From the NCBI GenBank assembly GCA_037917685.1, contig JAVCBU010000006.1, positions 192,001 through 256,000 on the forward strand: a DNA stretch of 64,000 nucleotides, in the 5' to 3' direction. Shown here piece after piece: positions 1 through 8,163 of this stretch. Position 1 is the stretch's first letter. Every line of letters starts with the position of its first letter. The notes beneath the pieces were generated by a model, which saw only the letters and a program-made list of their open reading frames with translations, was not told the DNA's origin and ran no database searches. The translations under genes and the position numbers were made by a program. The DNA is from Thermoproteota archaeon. Its GTDB lineage: Archaea > Korarchaeota > Korarchaeia > Korarchaeales > JAOZGB01.

Positions 1-1341
1 CCCACCTAATTCAACCCATACCTCTTTACTTTCGTCAAAGACCTCTATCTCAACAGACATCTCAGTGTAGGGGAAGTAAGCTGGTCTAAATCGGCATTTT
101 CTGATACCTAACTTGTTGTAAAACTCTTTTAGATACCCTAATAAATGTTTAAAGCTAACATCTCCAACTACTATACCATCCGTCTGGTAGAACTCGGCAA
201 GATTTTTCCAGGTTAGAGTCTCATTCCTAAAAACTCTTCCCACTGAGAAGTATTTAGCGGGAAGATTTCCATTCTTGATGTCGTCACGCAGCTTCGCGAG
301 AGTTCTTGCTGAAAGCGATGTTGTATGTGTTCTAAGCACACATTTTCTAGCCTCCTTCTCATCCCACCTGTAACCCCATCCGGTTGATCCAGTAGTCCAT
401 CCATCTTCATGAGTTTTCCTAACGGCATCTACAATTTCTTGGCTTGGAAGCCTTCCATAACGGGGGGTCTCTGCGTAGAATGTATCAGCTAGATCTCTAG
501 CCGGGTGATCTTGAGGCTGATATAGAGCATCGAAGACCCAAAAAGCAATGTCAAGAATAGGGCCTTTCATCTCTTTAAATCCCATCTCAAGCCAGATTCT
601 CCTTATATAGTCAATGACTTGTCTCATGAAATGCTTCTTACCAGGATAAATGGTGGGTGCCTTAACATGGATATCATATGGAGTTAAAACAACATCACGC
701 CATTTCCCGGACGCTATAAGTTCGGGAGTAAGTTTTGAAACCTCTAAAGAGATGCTAACCTTTGTAGCAACCTCTCTACCCTTTTCAGTGAGGCTTAAAA
801 TTTTCTTTTTTTCCTCTCGCAATCGTAAAATCTTTCTTTTAACAAGTTCGTCTATTGCCTGTTTGTTCTGCTTCGTTACAAGCACCGGGCCAGCTGCGGC
901 GCTTTTAATAATCTTTTCCTCAGGGAGTTCAACGCTAATTTCATTTAAACCCTTTTCGGTTAACCGGACAACGTTACCCTCTATCTTAACCCAGCCTCTT
1001 TTTCTAGCCCACCCCATGGCTATATCTAATCTTCCTATATTTTCCTTTAAGTCAGAGATACTCAATGGCCCCTCTTTTAGAATCCGTTGAAGTCTCCTCT
1101 CAGGTAGGCCGTCCCTGAGTGCATCACCGCCTTCCTTGGTGAGTTCAGCCACTATGCGGCTCTCCGTGTAAGTAGTAAGTAAGCCTTTTTCTGCTGCCCA
1201 TAGAGAGGCAACTTCAATTGCATCCTTTTTAACTCCAATATTTTGTGCTATTTCGCTAGTTGTAGAGGTGCCCAACTGTAAGAGCGCTTTAAGTATAAGC
1301 CTTTCTAATCTGTGCAGCCTAATCTCAGTATTATATCCCAA
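1..1341 (-). CDS. pheS: Phenylalanyl-tRNA synthetase alpha subunit (runs off the left edge; absent from the ORF track)
   Basis: Manual minus-strand translation from TTG 1341 gives PQDHPARDLADTFY, YFPYTEMS and WVELGG, the PheRS-alpha motifs. Confidence 0.93.
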   Translation of the reverse strand, partial: MGYNTEIRLHRLERLILKALLQLGTSTTSEIAQNIGVKKDAIEVASLWAAEKGLLTTYTESRIVAELTKEGGDALRDGLPERRLQRILKEGPLSISDLKENIGRLDIAMGWARKRGWVKIEGNVVRLTEKGLNEISVELPEEKIIKSAAAGPVLVTKQNKQAIDELVKRKILRLREEKKKILSLTEKGREVATKVSISLEVSKLTPELIASGKWRDVVLTPYDIHVKAPTIYPGKKHFMRQVIDYIRRIWLEMGFKEMKGPILDIAFWVFDALYQPQDHPARDLADTFYAETPRYGRLPSQEIVDAVRKTHEDGWTTGSTGWGYRWDEKEARKCVLRTHTTSLSARTLAKLRDDIKNGNLPAKYFSVGRVFRNETLTWKNLAEFYQTDGIVVGDVSFKHLLGYLKEFYNKLGIRKCRFRPAYFPYTEMSVEIEVFDESKEVWVELGG

Positions 1342-1461
1342 CTTTAAGTTATCACCACTCTCTCAACTGCTGGAACAGATATACTCCTTTCATATAATTT
1401 TAATTCGTTGCTAGGTGTTAAAGAGTTATTAGTATCTTTACCATAATAATGTAGAGGTTAC

Positions 1462-2505
1462 ATGCTTCAAGATGTTGTATCACGATATTTACCAAAGATA
1501 AACAGGGAGATAGAAAAATATCTAGATGATATAATTGGAAGACAGAGAGATGAGCTGGTAAAAAAGTACTACTCGGTGATGAAGGACTACATCTTGTCTG
1601 GAGGGAAAAGATGGAGACCCATTAGTTTTATAATGGCTTATAGGGGGGTTGGTGGACAGGAGGAGGAAGAAGCAATTAAAACAAGCATATCAATAGAGTT
1701 CCTTCATAACTCGTCCCTTGCCCAGGATGACATTATGGACAAAAGTCTTATGAGAAGAGGTAGGCCAGCGCTGCACGTGAGATACGCTAATGAGATTGGT
1801 GGAGGGAATAGAATCCTAGGTGAAGCTTTAGGAATTCTTGGTGGGGACAGCCTTTTGGAGCTTGGGCTTGAAGTTATAGTGTCGTCTAATTTTCAAATTG
1901 AAGCCAAGATCGATGCTGTTTCGATGTATCTTTACTATTATAGACGACTAATAGAGGGGCAGACACTTGATATGTCTTATCCTACGATCTCTCTTATGAA
2001 TGAAGAGCAAATCGTAAATATGATGAGACTTAAGACTTCTTCACTTTTCGTTTGCTCTCTACTAATGGGCGCAAGGCTAGGAGGTTGTACATCTAGTGTC
2101 CTCGACATTCTCAAAAAATATGGAGAGAATGTTGGTATAGCATTTCAAATAAGAGACGACATATTAGGTGTGTTTGGTAATCCCAAGGTAACAGGGAAAT
2201 CAGTTACAGATGATCTTAAGGAGGGAAAGAAAACCCTGCTTCTTTATAAGACTCTTCAGCTTGCTGATCCATCTGAAAAGAGATTTATTAAGAGTAGAAT
2301 CGGTTTAGGTGATATTTCTATCAATGATGTAAAGAGGATACGTGATATAATGATAAAATCCGGAGCATTAGACTACGTGGAGGCTGAAGCAGAGAGATAC
2401 GTGCAGAAAGGTATTAAGGTCTTAGACTCTGTTTCAGGGTTAACCGCAGAATTTGTAGACTTCCTTAAAGAGCTAGCATTGAAATCGGTTAAGAGAAAGC
2501 TTTAA
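1462..2505 (+). CDS. idsA: Geranylgeranyl diphosphate synthase (polyprenyl synthase family)
   Basis: GGKRWRP, QDDIMD..RRG, FQIRDDIL and GKKT motifs. Confidence 0.9.
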   Translation: MLQDVVSRYLPKINREIEKYLDDIIGRQRDELVKKYYSVMKDYILSGGKRWRPISFIMAYRGVGGQEEEEAIKTSISIEFLHNSSLAQDDIMDKSLMRRGRPALHVRYANEIGGGNRILGEALGILGGDSLLELGLEVIVSSNFQIEAKIDAVSMYLYYYRRLIEGQTLDMSYPTISLMNEEQIVNMMRLKTSSLFVCSLLMGARLGGCTSSVLDILKKYGENVGIAFQIRDDILGVFGNPKVTGKSVTDDLKEGKKTLLLYKTLQLADPSEKRFIKSRIGLGDISINDVKRIRDIMIKSGALDYVEAEAERYVQKGIKVLDSVSGLTAEFVDFLKELALKSVKRKL

Positions 2506-2530
2506 TAATAGCGAGATACCTTAAAATATT

Positions 2531-2639
2531 GGCGTCAGCCTAGTTTATCCTCCTCTGTTATGACCGGAGGGTAGAGAGGATAGCGTGGGCTGATCTATGA
2601 CCCTCTCGGATTAGTCGGGGGAGGTACAGGGCTGACGCC
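2531..2639 (+). ncRNA. Unassigned structured RNA or cis-regulatory leader upstream of dnaG
   Basis: GC-rich island closed by a GGCGTCAGCC/GGCTGACGCC terminal stem with two internal hairpins; TATA-like TTTAATA at 2501-2507. Confidence 0.55.
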
Positions 2640-2659
2640 CAAACATTGGAGGTTGATCG

Positions 2660-3811
2660 ATGATGAATTCTAAGAGGGATGAAACTACGAAGCCAACTGT
2701 GTTGAAGTATGAGTGTGTTTTTGATCTATTCGTTTCCGGGGTTGTTGAGAGGAGCGATGTTATAGGAGCCATATTTGGCCAGTTAGAAGGCCTGCTCGGC
2801 CCAGAATTAGAGCTTAGAGAACTCCAGAAGACCGGCAAGATCGGCAGAATCGAAGTTGACATTAAAAGAGCTAAGAATGGGGTTCAAGGTATCATTAGAT
2901 TTGAAAGTGGATTAAACAAGGCTGAGACAGCATTACTAGCTGCGGCATTTGAAACTGTTATTAAGATAGGACCATACGACGCTGAAGTAAAGTTGAAAGA
3001 CATGCGTGATTTGAGAGAGGAGAGGAGAAAATGGATTGTCCAGAGGGCTATGGATATCTTAAAGCAGTGGCAGGTCAAATCTGAAGTTAGCTTTCAAGAG
3101 ATGGTAAATAGACTTAATGAAATGCTTGCATCATCCGAAGTAACTTATTATGGTCCTGAAAGACTTGTGTGTGGGCCTGATCTCTTAAAGTCAGATGAGA
3201 TTATTATTGTCGAAGGACGAGCAGACGTACTTAACCTACTTAGGTACGGATGGAGAAACGCTATTGCAACAGGAGGGGCTAAGGTTCCTAAAAGTATAAT
3301 TGAGCTTTCGGAAAAGAAAGTAACCATCGCATTCGTAGATGGAGACAGGGGTGGAGAACTTCTACTCAATGCTCTTCTTGATAATGCTGATATCGATTAT
3401 GTAGCTCGGGCCCCTGAAAACAAAGGTGTGGAAGAGTTAACCGCCAAAGAGATTCTATCTAGTCTTAGAAACGCTGTTTCTGCTGACGAGTATAAAAGAA
3501 AGAGTACGGAACAACAGGTAAAAGCCCCATCTCAACAGGACAAGGTAAAACAAGTGTATAATAAAGTTAAGGGGACAGATAAGGTGTTAATTTTAAATAA
3601 GGATATGAAAGTTCTCCTAGAGACAACAATAAAAGATCTTCTTAGCAGTCTACAACAAGTCCAAGATGGATTTTACCTAATATATGACGGAAATATAACC
3701 CAAAGAGTTTTGGATCTAGCAAGTAACAAGGGTATTAAAACAATAGTTGCAAGAGAGATCCATGAAGTTGTCAGATATCCACCAGATGTTAGAATTGTAA
3801 CCATGGAGTGA
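2660..3811 (+). CDS. dnaG: Archaeal DnaG (TOPRIM protein, exosome-associated)
   Basis: DVIGAIFGQLEGLLG, IIVEGRADV and AFVDGDRGG motifs; SD GGAGGT at 2648-2653. Confidence 0.95.
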   Translation: MMNSKRDETTKPTVLKYECVFDLFVSGVVERSDVIGAIFGQLEGLLGPELELRELQKTGKIGRIEVDIKRAKNGVQGIIRFESGLNKAETALLAAAFETVIKIGPYDAEVKLKDMRDLREERRKWIVQRAMDILKQWQVKSEVSFQEMVNRLNEMLASSEVTYYGPERLVCGPDLLKSDEIIIVEGRADVLNLLRYGWRNAIATGGAKVPKSIIELSEKKVTIAFVDGDRGGELLLNALLDNADIDYVARAPENKGVEELTAKEILSSLRNAVSADEYKRKSTEQQVKAPSQQDKVKQVYNKVKGTDKVLILNKDMKVLLETTIKDLLSSLQQVQDGFYLIYDGNITQRVLDLASNKGIKTIVAREIHEVVRYPPDVRIVTME

Positions 3812-3814
3812 GAA

Positions 3815-4870
3815 TTGAAGATAATCGACACTGATGAAAAAACATTTGTAGAACTAATGGTCGATAATGATTTAGATCTCCTATTTGTTCCGCTTATAAT
3901 AAGTAAGGGAGATGTTATTAAAGCAAGAACAACTAGGCGAGTTAGAGGTAAGTCTCTTAAAGCTGAAAGCAGGAGAGTTTCTTTAAACATTAAGGTTGAA
4001 GTACACGAGACGGCATATAATCCAATTACAAGTGTAGCCAGGGTTAAAGGAAAGATAATCGAAGCTCCGGAGCGATATGGAATCCAGGGTAAATTTCACA
4101 CTATTAATCTCAAGGTTGGGGGCAGGTTTAAACTCTATAAGAGGATTAATGAGCTTGATCTAAAAATCCTGGAAATGCTGAAAGGTAGAGAGGAACATCC
4201 ATTGCTGGTTATTCTAATAGATTATGATGAAGCAAACATTTTTGAGCTAACCGGCTCGAGGATAAGGCTCCTGATGTCCCTGGAATCGAATCTTCCCGGT
4301 AAGAATCTTCCAGACCATAGGGCGGCTGCTTTGAGGCGATTTATAGATGATACATGTAGGATTATTCTAAAATACGCAGAGGGGAAATATTCCCACGTTA
4401 TAATAGGTGGTCCAGGGTTTATGAAAGACCATTTAGTTAAGGTGCTTTTATCTAAGAAAGTATTCCCCTCTGAAAAGATATCTGTGTTTCCAGCTTCAAG
4501 TGTAAATGTTTCAGGAGTTTATGAGATTATTAAGCGGGGTTTCCTCTTAAACGTTGAGAAACGGTTAAGTATTGTAGAGCAACAACGGCTTTTAGAGGAA
4601 TTCCTCATTGGGATCTCTAGAGAAAGCCCGCTCTTTACCTATGGCCTTGATGAGATTTTTAAAGCTAAAGATTATGGGGCTTTAGAATGGGTTATAATTA
4701 CAACCAAAAAGCTGAGTGAACTTGATTCGTCAAAATTAGAAGACTTTAAGGATATATGGCTTAGACTCAAAGGGAAACTATATATTGCTAACGTTGATAA
4801 TGAGATAGGAAAGATTATAACGTCTTTTGGGGGTGTTATAGCTAAACTCAGGTTTTCGCTATCTGACTAA
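3815..4870 (+). CDS. pelA: Pelota (aPelota) ribosome rescue factor
   Basis: eRF1-like domains; GKFHT, IIGGPGFMK and FGGVIAKLRF motifs. Confidence 0.9.
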   Translation: MKIIDTDEKTFVELMVDNDLDLLFVPLIISKGDVIKARTTRRVRGKSLKAESRRVSLNIKVEVHETAYNPITSVARVKGKIIEAPERYGIQGKFHTINLKVGGRFKLYKRINELDLKILEMLKGREEHPLLVILIDYDEANIFELTGSRIRLLMSLESNLPGKNLPDHRAAALRRFIDDTCRIILKYAEGKYSHVIIGGPGFMKDHLVKVLLSKKVFPSEKISVFPASSVNVSGVYEIIKRGFLLNVEKRLSIVEQQRLLEEFLIGISRESPLFTYGLDEIFKAKDYGALEWVIITTKKLSELDSSKLEDFKDIWLRLKGKLYIANVDNEIGKIITSFGGVIAKLRFSLSD

Positions 4871-5161
4871 TTGTAAAAAGATCCAGAGAACAAACCCGGA
4901 CATTATAAGCCTTCTACCAAGATATGCAAATAGATGCGTCCCGTACAGTACAAACCCGACGACAATTGACGTTACAGCTAAGACCTCACCTACTTCGATG
5001 GCTTTTTCCATCAGAATATCAAGGAAATTCCTTATCGCATCACTGAACTCCATTATCATATTCTCAATGTTATTTAAACCCCTAGGATCACAGAGTACGA
5101 TTGAAGTACCCTGAATTGTTAAAAAAATCATCAATGCGAATGCAATACTGATTCTTCTCAT
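4859..5161 (-). CDS. Small membrane protein; VirB2/TrbC-like (CedA1/TedC-like) pilin candidate
   Basis: Signal-like N-terminus, amphipathic helix and two hydrophobic segments linked by GRRLIxxG. Confidence 0.5.
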   Translation of the reverse strand: MRRISIAFALMIFLTIQGTSIVLCDPRGLNNIENMIMEFSDAIRNFLDILMEKAIEVGEVLAVTSIVVGFVLYGTHLFAYLGRRLIMSGFVLWIFLQLVR

Positions 5162-5215
5162 TTCAAACTACTTATGGCTGAATTCCAGAGTATTTAATTG
5201 ACTCGCATATTATAC

Positions 5216-5911
5216 TTAAGCCACTCTCTTCCTAAAATAGGGATTTTTCATTAGTTTTTTAACAGCAGATTCTATACTCTCATTTTTCGAAATCTCGTAC
5301 TTTATGAAAACCCCCGTCCTACCATGGAGACTTCTCTTAAGCAATACCCTTTCTCTTTCCCTTACAGTTTCAATGGAAACACCAGTAATTCTAGCTACAT
5401 AGCTCTCAATTCCAAAAACAGGCTTTTCAATATGTCCCCTCCTATTAGGTACTATAAGTAGGAGTTCTTTATTCATACCCGGAACTCTAAGCCCCTTTTT
5501 CAAACCAGGCAGGTCTAACATACCAGCTAACTTGTAAAATTCCTCTTCTCTCGGGCTTGTGCTACCCAGCGGAATGGTAACTGTGAGCAGTGGCTCGATA
5601 TAAAGATGTACCTTAGGAACACTCGTTGGCGTCGCTTGCACAATTAATCTTTCATACAGCCCACCAAAAGACTTTTCTAAGGTAAACTCGACCATAGAAG
5701 GCAAGCTGGAAAGAACTAAAATATCTATATCACTGGTTTCACTAACGTCTCCCCTTGAGATACTGCCGTAGATAAAACATTTAAAACCTGCACCATCAAG
5801 GGTTTCCATAACTTTAAGGGCTTTTCTCCTAAAATCCCCCAAGAGCTTCCAGCGAAATGTATCATAAATGACTTCTCTTTCCATACCAGTCTTTGAGGGT
5901 TTACTAGCCAT
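5216..5911 (-). CDS. Pol-beta superfamily nucleotidyltransferase
   Basis: YGSISRGD...SDIDI motif. Confidence 0.8.
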   Translation of the reverse strand: MASKPSKTGMEREVIYDTFRWKLLGDFRRKALKVMETLDGAGFKCFIYGSISRGDVSETSDIDILVLSSLPSMVEFTLEKSFGGLYERLIVQATPTSVPKVHLYIEPLLTVTIPLGSTSPREEEFYKLAGMLDLPGLKKGLRVPGMNKELLLIVPNRRGHIEKPVFGIESYVARITGVSIETVRERERVLLKRSLHGRTGVFIKYEISKNESIESAVKKLMKNPYFRKRVA

Positions 5912-5953
5912 AACCCTAATCCTAATATGTAACCCAACAGCTGAATAAAAGTA

Positions 5954-6643
5954 ATGAATGAAAAGTGTTCGAAGTGCGGAGCCCCCTCAGTATACGTAAA
6001 TAAACATTCTGGAATAAAACTATGCCTGACTCATCTTAGGCAATATGTGGAATATAAAGTGCGTAGAACAATAGGTAAATATAGGCAGCTAACAGAGACG
6101 GATCATTCGGTTATGTACATATGTAGCGGGCATGATATAGAAAAGCTGTTAACTCTAAACAAGATAGAGAAAGAATTTCCAGCTACAAAACTAGAAGCGA
6201 TTATAAATAGTCCCATAAACAGTTTAGATACGATATGTAGTGAACATAACATAAAACTTTCAAAGGTAAACATAGAGGTAAAGTCAATCATACATGGGGT
6301 AAAAAGCCTCTATAAAATTTCAAGAAGTTTCCACGCTACCAAACTATTGTTGCCTCTAACAGTAACAGACATATCTGATTTGATCTTATGGCATATCTTT
6401 CATCAAATAAATCCAGGGAAACTCCTAAATCTCGTTAACTCCCAGGGGATAGTTTCACCATTTATGGAAACAGATAAAAACATGTGGAAGACGTTATCAC
6501 GTAAGATTAAGAACAATGTGTGTTGCATTTTAAATCCACCTAAATGGTTTGTAGAGGCTACAAATACGTTTAGAAGCGCTTATTTGGGGGCTGACTTCAA
6601 CATTTTAAGAAGTGTTGAAAAACTTGCAGATGGTAAAAGTTAA
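5954..6643 (+). CDS. Degenerate TtuA/NcsA (Ctu1-like) paralog, probably non-catalytic
   Basis: N-terminal CxxC...CxxH finger and KVRRTIGKY retained; PP-loop, central CxxC and GHxxDD eroded. Confidence 0.6.
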   Translation: MNEKCSKCGAPSVYVNKHSGIKLCLTHLRQYVEYKVRRTIGKYRQLTETDHSVMYICSGHDIEKLLTLNKIEKEFPATKLEAIINSPINSLDTICSEHNIKLSKVNIEVKSIIHGVKSLYKISRSFHATKLLLPLTVTDISDLILWHIFHQINPGKLLNLVNSQGIVSPFMETDKNMWKTLSRKIKNNVCCILNPPKWFVEATNTFRSAYLGADFNILRSVEKLADGKS

Positions 6644-6676
6644 GAAAGTAGAGGAACCTATTCCAGACTGAAAGGA

Positions 6677-7006
6677 ATGGTTAAAGATAACCTAAATGTT
6701 CTTTGCACACCTACTTGTCCAAACTTCATATGTCTAAAAAGAGCGTTGAGGCCAGGAAGATCCGATGGCAAACCTTACTGCATATGGTTTAAAGACGTTT
6801 GCATGGGGGCAAATTGTAAATATGCAGCATGTAGGGTTCACGCTCTCCTTGCAGATAAAAGATGTAATCTTAAGATAGAACCGAAGAGACGACCCGTTAA
6901 GAGGAAAGAAGACAGGATAGATAAGGAAGTATCAAGATTAGAGGATAAAGCTAGAAAGCTCCTGAAAAGATATAAAGCAGGTTTGGAAGACGAGTTTATC
7001 GGCTAA
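6677..7006 (+). CDS. Cys-rich (8 Cys) putative metal-binding protein with a charged helical tail
   Basis: CTPTC..C..C..C..C..C..C pattern. Confidence 0.7.
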   Translation: MVKDNLNVLCTPTCPNFICLKRALRPGRSDGKPYCIWFKDVCMGANCKYAACRVHALLADKRCNLKIEPKRRPVKRKEDRIDKEVSRLEDKARKLLKRYKAGLEDEFIG

Positions 7007-7880
7007 TCCTTCTCTTAATGGTGTTCCATGGTCTAAGAGTAAATAATGCGACTGCCACGACCACAACAATCGGGGTAGCTACGTAAAATAGCGACTTTGA
7101 TCCACCTATAACCTTGAACTTAACAGAATATTCTCCAGCATGATCCGTAAAAACGTAGTACCACTCTATCATCCCATATGACTTTAGGCAATTGTTTGGG
7201 GTAACATCTATAGCGTAAAAAGTGTCCGGTGGGTACCATAGCTTCAAACTTCCTATAGTATTCGGAGGCAAAAGATCGATGATCGGTTTCAGGTCTACAA
7301 TAATAGAACTCCCTTCTTTTTTCTCAATCTTCGATAGTTCAGCTTCAATATTATATGTAACCTTAAGGACGGTTTTTGAGAGATAGCCGCTAAAACTCCC
7401 TCTAAGCTCTTTTACGTATACACTCCTAAATCTAAACTCTGCATAACCCAACACATATACTGAGCCATCAACATCCTTGACCTCTTTGTTGATGTTTGAA
7501 ACACTAGCACCTTCAGGCATATAGAGCAATCTCATAAGCTCGAAAAAGGCAACCTCGTCGAAACTGCTCAAAAATGCACGAATCTGGCCAGGTGAAAGAT
7601 TTCCCATGACCTCCGGCGTAACCCTAATCTCGTAAGTACCAGTCAGATAGTCTCCAGATAATGAAAGGTTGAAGCTTCCGTCATAAAAACATTTAGGTAA
7701 CAGACCTTTAGGCATATTCTTCTCAAAGAAAAACATTCCCACCTCTAACTTCATATCTACAGTGGCTGTTAGATCTCTATTAATGTAAATATTGATTACA
7801 GAATTCGCCTGTGCACTGCTATACAGCATAGAAGTTGCAAGGCCTACATAGAACGTGAAAAGTAGAATTTTGCTTATCAC
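6996..7880 (-). CDS. Secreted/cell-surface protein with C-terminal TM anchor
   Basis: N-terminal signal peptide; C-terminal hydrophobic helix followed by KRR. Confidence 0.7.
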   Translation of the reverse strand: MISKILLFTFYVGLATSMLYSSAQANSVINIYINRDLTATVDMKLEVGMFFFEKNMPKGLLPKCFYDGSFNLSLSGDYLTGTYEIRVTPEVMGNLSPGQIRAFLSSFDEVAFFELMRLLYMPEGASVSNINKEVKDVDGSVYVLGYAEFRFRSVYVKELRGSFSGYLSKTVLKVTYNIEAELSKIEKKEGSSIIVDLKPIIDLLPPNTIGSLKLWYPPDTFYAIDVTPNNCLKSYGMIEWYYVFTDHAGEYSVKFKVIGGSKSLFYVATPIVVVVAVALFTLRPWNTIKRRISR

Positions 7881-7994
7881 CTCATATCACCCTCACTTTT
7901 CCATCAGCACAAAGAAATATTAACATCAATATTCGCTATAAAGCTATCCCCTCTTTAACCTTCAACTAATAATTAGTGGCAATAAACTCTGAAG

Positions 7995-8016
7995 AGGTAG
8001 TATTAAAATACTACCT
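7995..8016. promoter_or_regulatory. Perfect 10-bp inverted repeat enclosing a TATA-like core (putative operator)
   Basis: AGGTAGTATT-AA-AATACTACCT. Confidence 0.5.
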
Positions 8017-8067
8017 TCAATTCCAAGACTTTATCAAGCAGGTCAAAGGGGTTTTACTTGGCAAGCT

Positions 8068-8163
8068 ATGAAAGAAAGCAGTATTATAGAACTTGTGGCA
8101 ATAATTTTGACTCTAATTTACCTAGTAGCGAAGATTCTCAAAATCTTAATTGGCCTTCGCTAA
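8068..8163 (+). CDS. 31-aa single-TM peptide (below the ORF-track cutoff)
   Basis: MKESSIIELVAIILTLIYLVAKILKILIGLR*; its stop overlaps the polB stop, like other convergent pairs in this window. Confidence 0.5.
   Translation: MKESSIIELVAIILTLIYLVAKILKILIGLR

Noticed and set aside
213-1090. ORFs 213-428 and 650-1090, and the many other antisense or nested short ORFs in the track
   Set aside because: They are shadows of well-supported genes (here pheS) and have no motifs of their own
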